Assembly: GCF_037042905.1 (NCBI RefSeq) | Contig: NC_087245.1 | Span: 36,954,001-37,018,000 of the forward strand | Source: Lytechinus pictus | Lineage: Eukaryota | Length of the DNA: 64,000 nt | Direction: 5' to 3' | Part shown: positions 36,933 through 50,535 of the stretch, piece by piece | Position numbering within the stretch: the stretch's first letter is position 1 | Layout of the letters: every line of letters starts with the position of its first letter | Translations under genes and position numbers: made by a program | Notes under the pieces: generated by a model | The model's database searches: none | Told to the model about the DNA's origin: nothing | Seen by the model: only the letters and a program-made list of their open reading frames with translations

Positions 36933-39006
36933 TAGGGGCGGATCCAGCCTTCGCCAATAGGGGGGGGGGCCTGAATTTTTTTTCAGCCATATTTTCCCCG
37001 ATCGGCCGCGCGAATATGATTTTTTTGTTTGTTTCTTTGAAAGGGGTAGTCCTAAAAGTCACTCCTTATTAGCATATTCTTAAAAATCAACATAAATATA
37101 CAATATCATAATCCTTATTTATATAGTGCGAGCGCGAAGCGCGAGCAAATTTTTATTTTAAATGGTATGTATTTTTTCAAACATTTGAACATTCTGGGCA
37201 AAGTTTTTATCCTGAAAAAGATGTGTCTGCAACTAAATAACTACTACGAATGCAAAGCGCGAGCAGAAAATTTTGATACACGTTTTGAACTGATCGAAAA
37301 GGTAGTCCTACCTATTAAAGACTGCTTGCAGTTATCAATGAAGTCGTTACATATTTCAACAATCAAATAATGCGAGCATAAAGAATTTTGGTAATCGTGA
37401 ACAGGATAATTATATAACTAACCAATTAATGCAAGCGCGAAGCGCAAGCGGAAAAAAATTGAGATTTAGACCTAGAACGGGACACTCCATTCATGTTTTG
37501 TAAATCATAAAAATGATGGGTAAGAGGGGATCTTCCTACATTAATAATGCGAGCGCAAAGCGCGAGCAGAAAATGTTTATATACGTTTAGAACTAATCGA
37601 AAAGATGCCAGTTAATTACTGCTTGCACTTAGCCATGAAGACGTTACATAATTCCACATTCAAATAATGCAAGCGCGAAGCGCGAGCTGAAAATTTTTGA
37701 CATTTCTACATAAAGAATGGAAAATTTCAATCAATTTTTGTAATCGTGAACAGGATAGCTATATAACTAATTAATCGATGCGAGCGCGAAGCCGGAGCGG
37801 AAAAAATCGAGATTATTCATGAAAAGGATGATAAGAGGGGAACTTCCTACATTAATAATTCGAGCACAAAGGAACTGGATAACTGAATAAACATGCGCGC
37901 GCGTGTTTCATATTTAGTCCTAGAATCTAGGCATTCTAAATACATCTTTTATCATGAAAATAAAAGCGAGCGCCAAGCGCGAGCTTAAAATATTTGATAT
38001 TCAGAACTGAAAAAGGTGTCAATTTCAGCTTTATATTTCAACCACTTTGTAGGAAAATTGTGGGGTTAAAATAAATCGCACTTAATACAGAGCCGATATT
38101 TTTCATTATTTTTACTTTGAGACATAGGACCGGGACATCCATAGGACATGTCATCATATGAAAATGATGACTGTCTTCCTATTTCTCTTGCTAAGCGCGA
38201 GATCAAACAAAAGGGACAATATAATTTTAATTGATATCTTATTAATGAATGCATAATGAGGGCGCGGAATCAGATTATATTATGGCCTGAACTCTGTACA
38301 TTTCAAGCACTTTTATAATTATGAATAGGATGTATAAGTAATCAGTTAATATATTTTAACCATTAATGCGAGCGCAAATCGCGGGCTGAAAATTTTTGTA
38401 AACGATCACGAAAAGGGGATTTTAAGTAGTTTGTTATATAATCAATATTGAGACATACATAACTCGCCAATCACAGTTCAAGCATGGCAGCGCTAGCTGA
38501 TACGTTTTGACAATCAGACCTGACAAGGGACATTTTGAAAACTTAATGGAATACACGAAAATAATAGTTACCTGATAAATCAAAATTTGCGAGCGCGCAG
38601 CGCGAGCACAAAATGTTAATATTTAGACCATAAAACTGACATTTTTAAAGAGCACTTTAAAAAATCAATTTGTGTAAATCACATAATGAAAGTTAATCAC
38701 ACAAAATAATGAAAGTTCGATTTCCGAGGAGAAACATGTTTTGTATATTGACTTCCAAACTTGATAATTAGCTCCATATTGAACAAGATATGCAAATCAC
38801 CTAACAGGCAATGAGAGCGCGAAGCGCGAGCGAAAATTTTGACATGAAAGATTTTTTTTTTTTCAAGTCTTCCTCTCATCTTATTTTATTCACTCGTCTT
38901 CCTCCTCTTCTTTTTTTCCTCTCTTTTCCCTCTTTTTTTGGTCTTTTTTTTGCTCCGCCAATAGGGGGGGGGGGCGGGCCCCTCGCCCCCCCTGGATCCG
39001 CCTATG
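36933..39006 (-). mobile_element. 2.1-kb inverted copy of the 26942-28267 family, 6-bp TSD
   Basis: TIRs taggggcggatccagc / cctggatccgcctatg, CCTGTC on both flanks, internal blocks shared with the other copy. Confidence 0.85.
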
Positions 39007-39368
39007 CCTGTCAATTTCATATTTTCTCATATTTAATGATGCTCCTGAAATTGATATTAGGGCTTGTTCATCTTAACGTCGCGCACGTACGCTGCCAAAA
39101 TGACAATTTTTTGACCAACTGCATGTACAAAACAGTCGGTCCAAACTCTTTCCCTTGCGTTGGTCGAAACGTCTGCCAAATGTTGATTACAGTACAAATT
39201 GACCAATGAATTATTGTCGGTCAAATTACTGATTACACATTTCATAAAGATGATGAAAATTTTTTAAAACTATCGGTCACAATTTTTGCCTATCCCTTGT
39301 TGGTCAAAATATTTTTACCAACTTTTTTGACCAACATGTTCCGACCAAACTTTTTACCAACAAGTTTA

Positions 39369-40550
39369 AACAAGTGGAAAGCCTCTGACAGTCTCGCCTG
39401 CATTACGCGATTTAATATAGCAGCAGTGCTAACTTTGAAAACTACTATAAAAAATCATAAACAAAAACACCATTCATATAATGACATAATACTACGTTCA
39501 TTGACCATAAATGACATTTGAACGGTGACTTAAGACTTGTCAACTACACCCATGTCCAAATTTCATTCACTCTATCCATAAACTTTCAAAGTTATGATGG
39601 CAATTCAACAATTACCCCAACATGGCCTAAGTTTATTGACCTTAACTGACCTTTGACCTTGGTTTTGTGACCTGAAACTCATAGGGGATGTTCAGTGATA
39701 CTTGATTACTCTTATATCCCAAGTTTTATGAACTAGATCCATAAACTTTCAGATTTAGGATGGTAATTCAACAAATACCCCCAACACGGTCAAAGTTCAT
39801 TGACCTTTAATGACCTTTGACCATGGTCATGTGACCTGAAACTCGTACAGGATGTTCAGTGATACTTGATTACTCTTATATCCAAGTTTTATGAACTATA
39901 TCCATAAACTTTCAGAGTTAGGATGGTAATTTAACAAATATCCCCAACACTGCCAAAGTTCATTGACCTTAAATGACCATTGACCATGGTCATGTGACCT
40001 GAAACTCGCACAGGATATTCAGTGGTACTTGACTAACCTAATGTTCAAGTTTCATGAACTAGATCCATAAATTTTCAAAGTTATGATGGTAATTCAACAA
40101 ATACATCCAACTTGACCAAAGTTCATTGACCCTAAATGACATTTGACATTGGTCACGTGATTTGAAACTCGAGCAGGATGTTCGCTAATACTTGATTAAC
40201 CTTATGCTTAAGTTTCATGAACTAGGTTCATATACTTTCTAAGCTATGATGTCATTTCAAAAACTTTACCTTCGGTTAAGATTTTGAAAATAATTCTCCC
40301 AACATGGTCAAAGTTCATTGACCCTAAATGACCTTTGATCTTGGTCACGTGACCTGAAACTCGGGCAGGATGTTCACTAATACTTTATTAACCTTATGTC
40401 TAAGTTTCATGAACTAGGTCCATATACTTTCTAAGTTATGATGTCATTTCAAAAACTTAACCTTAGGTTAAGATTTGATGATGTTGACGCCGCCGCCGTC
40501 GGAAAAGCGGCGCCTATAGTCTCGCTCTGCAATGCAGGCGAGACAAAAAA
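39369..40550 (-). mobile_element. HINE family A copy 3
   Basis: Reverse complement of the family A termini, with about six internal tandem units. Confidence 0.85.
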
Positions 40551-43500
40551 CCAACGTTGTTCAAAGATGTGTCCCTTTTTTCAGGAGACGCACACACACG
40601 TACACCCCCACACACCCCTCCCCTCTTCCTTTCACACACTTACATCCCCTCACCTACAAGCACATATCATTCCAAAAACACGACAAAGAATTTAAGGCCA
40701 GGTAGCTCATCATTTAAAACCCTTGGAACATGTTCAATGACACTGCAATATTCAAAGAAGTATGTTTTAAGATTAAAAACAAGAGATGGCACGAATTTTC
40801 AGAAGAAAGAGAAAGTAGGCTTGCATTAAGTTAAAACCGTAATAGGGTGGAACTCTTTTGACACAAAGAACAGGACGGAAATCTGAGAGTGAGGATGTAA
40901 AATATTGACAATAGAATGTAACCTCACCCTTTTCTAAATGGAACATGTCTTAAAGTGGTTAATGAAGATATGTCATTCCCCAATCAGATCTTGACCCCTT
41001 TTAGCTTTTTATATCCAATGATTTAATGGCGTCTAGCATCACACAGGGTGTTTTTCTTTTTTGCTGTTGCTGATATTTCATTGGGAGTATGAAATCCTAA
41101 AGTCCTTTTTAACAAGCATAGGAAGGACAGAAGAAATGCGTTCTTTTCAAATTCATTGGTGAAATACGAGTAAAATGACTCCTCACTGCTTTATTCAAAA
41201 TAATGACTGAAATAGATCTTGTGTTAACGTTCCTATTTCATTGGAGGAAGAAAAAAAAAACTTACATCTGTTTAAACTCCATTTCACATTATTTGATATC
41301 CAATCTCTCTCTTTTCTCTACTTCAGCAACGACAGATATCATCTTAATTCAAATGCGAAAAGTAGGACGATATTCATCAGATATTTCCTGACTTCTCCTC
41401 TCAAATCTTCAACCAAAATGGATCACCTTCGTGATTCAAAATCTATGAAAGAAAACCCAAGGTGATGATTTTGATAAATCTTTAGCTCACTCGCTCTTCT
41501 CCCTCTCTTTATGGTTAACTTAAGCATATGACCTTCTGATTAGCTCTCTCCACCTCCAACTAATATGTATCACCTATAATACAAATTTAAGAAAAAAATT
41601 TGCTTAACGCGTCTCTTCAACAAGCATCTCTCATTATTTTTCGTTCATAGCCTTTAGCTTTAAAAAATCACTGTCTATCATAATTCAAACACATACATCA
41701 TCTTCATAATTTAAAAAAAATCGAAAGAATTTTATTTTCAAAAGTTATTTTTTTAAAACACAATATTTCTTCCTTTGCTTATATAATCTTGGTGCTTCTT
41801 AATTTCATATTCAGCTACATCACCTTTACAATTTGAACTCGAAATAAATTTATTGAGCACGATAATATAACTTTTCCTTTTCACTTCCCTGCGGTCTCGC
41901 TTTTTCTCGCAATGTTTATAAGTAATCATCTTACATAATTCGGACGTGACAAATCATTGTATATGTTTTAGATTACAATTTAAATATTTTCCTCCCATTC
42001 TCTTCCTCTCTCATAGTGTTACATCTCTAGCAATCATGAAGGTGTTTGAGTAGACGGTAGAACCTTCACTTTTCAGTCACGATAAGTGTGTTTCAAATAA
42101 CGCTCTTTATATTTTCTTCTCATTTTCTTTCACTAACAGTGTTTGCATAAAGATATCATGGAATGGAATAGACATAATTTTGCAACATACGTATATCTCT
42201 TGCCGCTCTTTCACATGGTAAAAAAAAAATCGTAATTTGATGATTCCAGTGAAAAATAAAGATAATGACGAATTTTTAGCACGTGTGAAACCAAACCAGA
42301 ACATAATCACAATCACGAATTCAAACTCTACTCTGGAGGTGAATTCCAGTTAAGTTTCACTCAAATCAGTTTTCGAGTGAGCGTGTGAAAGGTCCGATGA
42401 TTCTAAAGACGAATTGCAATCATCATTACAATGATGATTCAAGATTAACGTGTGAAAAGGCCCTTAGTCTTTCATGTCTTATGCTCATCTTTTCTAACAC
42501 AATTAAAGGTATCGATGACCTTCATACTTCAAACACATTCCGGAAATCTTGAATTTCTATCTCTCGCTAAAAGTTTGAGTAAAATACACTTAAAAAGCAG
42601 AACGATAGCGCTCGCGATCAAGAGAAGAGAGGAAAATATTAACTCATGACCCCTTGTGAGTTATTTGTTGGTCTATTATAATACTGAAGTTAAGACGTAT
42701 ATAGAACTGACTAAAGCAACTGCTCTGAATTTGATTCAGCTTATATTTCATCTTGATTTGCAGTCTGTAATGGAAATCTTTCACTGTGTTTTTCTTTCAC
42801 CGTGTATAGTATGTGGTACAAAAGAGTGCTTGAAACAATATTGACCTTATCGAAATTATGAAAATACTTTATCTGCAAAAAAAAAGGCCACTATGAATAC
42901 TTATACAATTCGCAAAAAAAATGAAATAAAATTGATGTTTACTCCATCTATGAGAAAATGAATTGTGTTTTTTCAGTTTATTGGCCTCGATGTTATGTTG
43001 GTCTCTCTTCCTATTTTTTTTTTAAATGGAATATCCATTCATATTTGATTTGATTTGATTTATTTTTCTTCTACATAACAATAAAATATGATGACATAAA
43101 TAACAAAGACATTTTGACAATAAATCAGACATATGTATATATCATTGAACATCAAATCAATTGCAGAAGATGGATTGCCATAGTAAGCAAAAATGCTGGA
43201 AAATATGACAAAGCGAAACATAATCATAAATCATATTATGAGCAGAATGGATTGCTACGAATTATTAAAGTATCAATTAAGTAAAACGATAGAAAAACAA
43301 ACACACACTTGCTATAATATAATTATAATCATAAAGAAAACGATGATGATGGCGAAAACGAAGGTGATGAAGATGAGGATTTGTATCTAAGAAACTGAAA
43401 AGCGGGGAATAATATGACTAGTAATTTTCGATATTATGATTATAACTGAACGCAAACTGCACACATAATTATAGAAGTTCCCAGTGCTGAAAATCAATGT

Positions 43501-46500
43501 TGCAAAAGTGAACGCTTTTCTTGAAAATAATTTACAATTACAACCTTTTGATAAAAAAGACAAATTGCCCAGTCATATGAGCCCATCTTGTAACATATTG
43601 TTTTATAGTAATGATGACTGCGTTTCTCTCTATTTGAGATTTCTATACAAACGTTGATAAATATCATTATGCTCTGAAGAACGTTTTTATAGAGGGAAAC
43701 GCAAATTTACACATTTCAGTAAACATACTTGTATGAGGAAAACATAAGTGAATTCACATGCTTCATTATCGATAGTGGATAATTTGTTAATTGATTACAA
43801 AGTCTAAAAACATAACAATATCATTTTTATCAGAATTTCCTCGAATTTATTGTTCTTACAAAAAAAAAAATTTTCCGGGGGGGGGGGGGTTCAAAATAGT
43901 AGAGAGAAACTTGTTGCAGTGTGATCAGAGGTGCGCATTCAGCTATAATCCAGTGATAAAGCAAGTTGAAAAATCTAAATTAGCCTTTATTAGCATAGAA
44001 ATATTTTAAATATTATTCAATACGTTCAATCATCGGGTTATAAAAATCTGTTCTACTTTTATGATAAAGATATTGAAAGATTATTAATTTGCATCGGAAG
44101 TAATTAATTTACTTGTTGAATCTTGCGATATTTACACAAATTTATGTTTTATTAATGTTGATCATTTTCCCCACATTAGTCTTGTGGCTATCTTATTGAT
44201 AATGATTTATTGCAGTGAAGTCCCATGACAATAGGAAGCAACTCTGATTTTGTTTTTTTTTTCAAAATTTAATTTCAGGCATATTTTTTTATGATCTCCA
44301 TGGTGCTAAATAAAATGAAGCTCAATTTCAAAAACAAGTAATGCCATACATACATTTCCACATAAAAAATGGCACATTTTCCTTTTCATAATTAAGAAAC
44401 TTATTCCACAAAGTTGTTTTCTTTTGTCATGGGACGGCAGAGCAAGCGCTGTCTTTACAATTTAAAGTTTCGTTGTGTGTTTTGTCTCCTTTATCATCTC
44501 AAACAAAAAGCTCAGAATGTTTTTGGAAAGTAGACGAGAGAGTGAAGCAACTGCGCTTTTACCAGAATGGCCGCATTTCATTGTTGAAAAGGAAAGAGTT
44601 GCAGCATAGCGCAGTCTTTCTTTGTAGTTTTGTAAAATTATGGAATTGGAAATAAAATCAAGTTTTTCGTCAGATAAGATAGTCAAACTTTTTTGCATAT
44701 ATCCTATTTATTTGCATATCTTATTTTTTTTTTAATCATGAAATAAGCTTGTTTCCGAACGCCACCCCGTGTTTTTGCGTGTTTCGATTATCCCCACTTT
44801 GTCCAGCTACAAAACCGACACCCAATCACGTCGTAAATTTATACTTTCATCATTTTCATGGACTGTTTTGAGTATAAAGTATTTAATTCCTTAAAAATCA
44901 GAAAATGTTGTCAAAACCTATACGTGAAAAGGTTTCTAGCATTCTGCAATGTTCATAACCTCAAAATAGATTGCTGAAACACTTGTACGAAAAATCAATG
45001 GATTTTTTATAAATCGTTGGGGAAAAGTAAACACAAACATGACAAACTTGGCAAAAATAATAATCGAGTATACGCATCATCAACTAATTAAATTGATATT
45101 GAAATTGATTTTTAGAATTGATCAACACCCTCATGCCGGACCCAGTTTTTTTGTAATAAATAAGTACCAATAATTAGATAAGTTTATGGTAAGTAATGCT
45201 AGAATTGAGAATTGCGTGATTTAGTTATAAGGGAGAGCGGGGTCGATACGGATATGGGGTAATTGCGGACAAGGCTGTTTCATGAATTGGCACAATTTCA
45301 TTATGATCTGTGAGAGACCTTTCCCTAATAAAGTAATAAGTACATCTACGGCAATTTTTTTCTCTCCACATTTGTTGTCTCCTGATTCCTGTGTCAACAA
45401 GTAAACACTTCAGTTGCTGTGTAGTGTCCCTTTTAGCTTTGTTAAATCTGAAATGAAGGGCGTCTTCGAAATGCGATAATATGATGAAAAGCAAATATTG
45501 CTCGCAAAATTCACGTCGGATCGAATCCAGGACCGGTCAAATGAAATATTAATTGCTTCCTATACAGTTAAAGTTCAGTATGCATTCAAAGTGATTTAGG
45601 TACCGTTTAGAATTAAACTCTGCATCTATTTTCGTAGTTTTTTTTTTAAAAATAAAAACAGTATGTCATCTGTTTGATTGTTTCGCATCATTTTTACAAA
45701 AAAAAATTATCATGTGCAAGCATGGGAAAAACGACAAAAAATAAGAAAAATACAGTTCGGTACCACTTAAAGTTAACATTGCCATCAAGGAAAGTAAAAA
45801 AATTATCGTTGGTAAAAAATATAAAGCAGATGAATGATGAAGGTTTTTCGTTCAATCGTCACTGAACATGAAATTTAAGAAAGACACATTTTATTGAAAT
45901 TAACTTTTCAAAAAAGAGGTTAGGGGAGAGGTCCCTTCCCTTTAATAGTGAATACATTATCAAATTATCCAAGATCTCCCCCGTCCCCTATTGACCCAGC
46001 ATATGTGTGCAATCATTGTTATCTTAATTAGATGTAAAAGAACTTTCATACGTTAATCGAACGTCAATTGGAAAGTCATTTTTTAGTTTATTAAATTTGT
46101 TGATTATCTGAATAAGTTACGCTTTTTATTGAGTAAAGTTGTTAACTACAAAGCTATAAATTACAAAGTAACACTTATCAAAAAGAGCTCATCATTGCAC
46201 TTCTTACCTGTGCAACCCAAATCTACACTCTATATTTCATGGTTTCGAAATTTAAACCCTGAAATTTGAATTCAAACAGTTAAGATTAGATTTTAAATCC
46301 TTGAAGATTTGAATTCAAATCCTTTGAGAATTCAATAACATATAAATCTTAAGGACCAAAGCTAAATTTTAAGTTAAACCAATCACTAACCACACTCAAT
46401 CTGGATTTATTTTACATCCCTGTAATCCAGAGTGCATTATTGTAAGCACCTTTAAGATGTGTAATTTTGCATCGTCTTGGTTTTGAAGCACTTTAACAGG

Positions 46501-47908
46501 TGAAAATTTGTACATTCCGGACCAGAAAGGTGCAGATTTGCACCTGTGAAAGATCGATGCTTCGAGCGTTACCCAAAGTGTATAACATAAGAACAATCAA
46601 TATTATATAGGTCTGATGGCAACAACGTTTTTGAAAAGTTAGTATAACATTACTTTTTGGAAGAATAAAATCCTAACAAGAGAGAATCAACTTGAAAGAG
46701 CCACAGTAAAGCATTATTATAGGCTTATATTACCTTGAATTAAACATGTTTGAAGGGAACAATTAAAAACGATAGCGTTGAGTATACAAGTTCGTGTTGA
46801 GAAATCGTTATATAAAATCCGAATTTTGGTAAATACTCACCTATCACTTGTTCATCAAAGATTTATCGACAGTCAATTGCACCGGTCAACAGAAGAAAGT
46901 CGTTCCTTTTTGCTTTGCTGACGGGTGGGCATACAACTGGTGTTATATGAGATGGAGGTTGTTCTGGAAAAGGCTTTAATTTTTTCTCGGCGATGGACCA
47001 TTTTAACACCAACCAATAGGATCGTAGGAATAAGTAGTATTTCTTTCAAGAAAGTAGCGCATGCCCAAAAGAAGATCGAGGATCGAGAATGTTTTGTCGG
47101 GATGAAAGGGCGAGAAAAAAAGGAGGGAGGGATAATTGTGTATACGCTTGAGAAAGGAAAAAGGTAGAGATGTTATACTGTTGTACTTAGAATCTAATAA
47201 TGGTGAATAGACAAGGTACGATGTCAAAAAAGGGAGGGAATGCGTGTGTGGGTGTGTGTGAAAGAGAGAGAGAGAAAGAGGAAAAAAAGAATGATAAGGG
47301 GGTGAGAGGAGGGGGAAAGGGAAAACGCGCGCGCGAGGGAGGGGATGAGAAGGTAGGATGTCACCATATCAATATAAGCCTATACATCACTATGGAAAAA
47401 GTGGGCAAGGTAATTTGCGTGCGTGTGTGAGCGTGATTATGTGGGTGTGATCGGCAAGTTTATGTTTTAGCATAGAGAAACTCTGGGAGAGGAAGAGAAA
47501 CAATGGGTGCGAGTAGAGAGTGAGAGGGGGGGGGGAGGGAACTAGGCTGTATTTTGTTGTGTGTGAGTATAAATGCAAAGTTCGCGTGAGGAGCGCTGCG
47601 TGGGTGTGAGTGCATGTGAATATGTGGGTGTGGGTGTTCGAGGGAGGTGGGAATGAAGGAGAAAGAAGCTTGAGTGGCTGTCGTGTTTTAGGCATAAGAA
47701 TGTTAAAAAGATTGGAGACGCAAGACAGTAAAACAAAATAAGAAAGAGGCACCGTATAAGACAACTTAACAATTAAATTCATTGAAATCATTAGCCAATC
47801 GGTGTTGTACGTTTTCTTAGAAATAAATGATTGCATTTGGTGAGTTTTGGTTTATTAATTGATTTTCAATTCAAGTTTTTCTTTTTGTTCAAAACGTTTC
47901 TTATTTAA

Positions 47909-48502
47909 AGGTCAAGTCCACCTCAGAAAAATGTTGATTTTAATAAATAGAGAAAAATCAGACAAGCATTATGCTGAAAATTTTATCAAAATCAGATGTA
48001 AAATAAAAAAAGTTATGACATTTTAAAGTTTCGCTTATTTTTCACAAAATAGTTATATGCACAATTTAGTCACATGCAAATGAGATAATTGATGATGTCC
48101 CTCACTCACTATTTCTTTTGTTTTCTATTGTTTGAATTATTATTTCAATTTTTACAGATTTGACAAAAAGGACAAACTTGACTGACCCATAAAATGTAAA
48201 AAAATGGTAATTCCACATGTTCAGGGAGAAATAAAACTTTGTTTCACATGCAGGACAATGGGGATAAAATTAGAATATTTCATATTTTGATAATAAAATA
48301 CAAAAGAAATAGTGAGTGAGTGATGTCATCAGTTCCCTCATTTGCATACCGACCGGGATGTGCATATCAGTTTTGTGAAATTAAGCGAAACTGACAAATT
48401 TATTTTACATCCGATTTTGATGAAAAAAAATTCTCAGCATTATGCTTGTTTGATTTTTCTCTTTTTATTCAAATCAACTTTTAGTTGGGGTGGACTTGTC
48501 CT
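47909..48502. mobile_element. TTAA-type MITE (Kolobok/T2-like); degenerate relatives near 18700-19310 and 31230-31772
   Basis: ttaa-aggtcaagtccacc...ggtggacttgtcct-ttga, long imperfect internal inverted arms. Confidence 0.75.
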
Positions 48503-48525
48503 TTGAACAACACCCCACCCATCCT

Positions 48526-48590
48526 GTCACGTGATTGGTCTAGCACCTCCTCTTCTATTTAAAATCAAGATGTCTTCATCTCACTCATCG
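48526..48590 (+). promoter_or_regulatory. Candidate Pol II core promoter (E-box, CCAAT, TATA-like, Inr-like)
   Basis: CACGTG 48528-48533 abutting ATTGG 48534-48538, TATTTAAA 48556-48563, TCACTC at 48581. Motif evidence only. Confidence 0.35.
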
Positions 48591-49634
48591 ATCTGTCATC
48601 GTTTACTGAATAAAAAGAATAATGAAACAAAACTTGCCAAGTTCAAAAAGGTCAGCCGATAAAACAAGGTTACCTTACGAAAAAATTGAATCATACACTT
48701 GCATAATTATTCAATTGAGCTTTTTTTTGCAAACTCTTAGCGTTTGCTCGGTCAAACTACTTCTTTGAGTGAACATAACCAAGGGGACGGATCGATTTTA
48801 AATTTAATTTGTATCTCGGGTCACGAAGCGGAAACAACGCATAGGGTGAATGGTAATTCAGTTTTCGTAACAAAACATAACATCAACACTCATTCACATT
48901 TCACGTATTAATTTCCTAGTGAACTGATACGAAAATGTGCCTATAAAAATTGTTCATCGACTCCTATCCTCAGTTTCTCACATCCCTTTCGGGGAATAAT
49001 TGCTGAAGTGTAAAATTTACATTATGTTTAAGGTTCTATCTTTAAAAATTCTGTGGATTTATCGAATTCCGAAGTACTTTTTGCATGAAAACCATCCCGC
49101 AATGGAATTTTTCAAATATTGATTTCCAATTGTTATGTGTCAAGTCCAGTGTAGGCCTAAAGTGGTCAAATGCCCTACATCGAAGGCAAAGGGCGAGATC
49201 ATTTGAAAAGAAAAATTGAATTAAACAGCCAATAAACTCGTCTCTCTCTCCCTTTCTTTCTCTCTTTCTCTTGTTCTTATCTCTCTCACATTCTCTCTCT
49301 ATGTTGTTGCTCTCAAGAGGTTATTCACAATGAGAGAACATAACTAATTCTGGAAAAGCCGCCGTCCAATTCTTTTAGGTTTTTTTTTCTTCTCCTTTTT
49401 ATCATCTCTTTCTTTTACTCTCCTCATTTCTTTCTTTTTCTTGTCACAAGCGACCCATTTTGTGTCGATCTTGACATAGTAATTGCTAATCATATAGCAC
49501 GGTTGTATTCTATAGCCTATAGGTAGTGTGACATTCCGTGCCAGGAAGACCCAAGTCCATGGTAGTTAATTTCGAATATATCAAGATGAATAAAAGGATT
49601 TGTGTGTAATACTATGTTTATCTCCACATTGCAA

Positions 49635-50484
49635 TAATCATCATCATCATCACCATCACCATCACCACCACCACCACCATCATCATCACTACCATATGCA
49701 TCACCACTACCATCATCATCAGCACCACCACCATCTTAATCAGCATCATCACCACTATTCATCATCTTCATCACCATCCTCATCTTCATCACAATGATAA
49801 TCGTCATCATTACCATCACCATCATCACCACCATCATCATCACCACCACCACCATCATCATCACTACCATATTCATCACCACCACCACCATCTTAATCAA
49901 CATCATCGCCACCACCATCATCACCACTATTCATCATCACCATCATCTTCATCACCATCCTCATCTTCATCACAATGATAATCGTCATCATTACCATCAC
50001 CATCAGCACCACCATCATCATCACCACCACCACCACCACCATCATCATCACTACCATATTCATCACCACCACCATCATCACCACTATTCATCATCACCAT
50101 CATCTTCATCACCATCCTCATCATCTTCATCACAATGATAATCGTCATCATTACCATTATTTTCATCACCATCATCATCACTATTCATCATCACCACCAC
50201 CATTACCATCAACATCACTATTCATCATCACCACCACCATTACCATCAACATCACTATTCATCATCACCACCACCATTACCATCAACATCACTATTCATC
50301 ATCACCACCACCATTACCATCAACATCACTATTCATCATCACCACCACCATTACCATCAACATCACTATTCATCATCACCACCACCACACCACCACTGTC
50401 ACCTGTCCACCACAACCACACCAATTACCACTATAAATGTAATCACCATCACCTTATCACGAACATCATCATAACAACCATCAC

Positions 50485-50519
<35 letters not shown>

Positions 50520-50535
50520 CCACCACCACCACCAT
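49635..50535. repeat. (CAT)n/(CAC)n microsatellite with higher-order units
   Basis: Seen directly, including a 37-bp unit and longer duplicated blocks. Confidence 0.95.

Noticed and set aside
26942..39006. Inversion of the minus-strand GPCR by recombination between the flanking inverted transposon copies
   Set aside because: Each copy retains its own matching TSD pair, which recombination between them would have exchanged.
40680..45500. Possible decayed gene or transposon coding region (short ORFs at 44462-44698 and 45225-45494)
   Set aside because: No recognisable motif or consistent exon chain by eye. A translated homology search would be needed.
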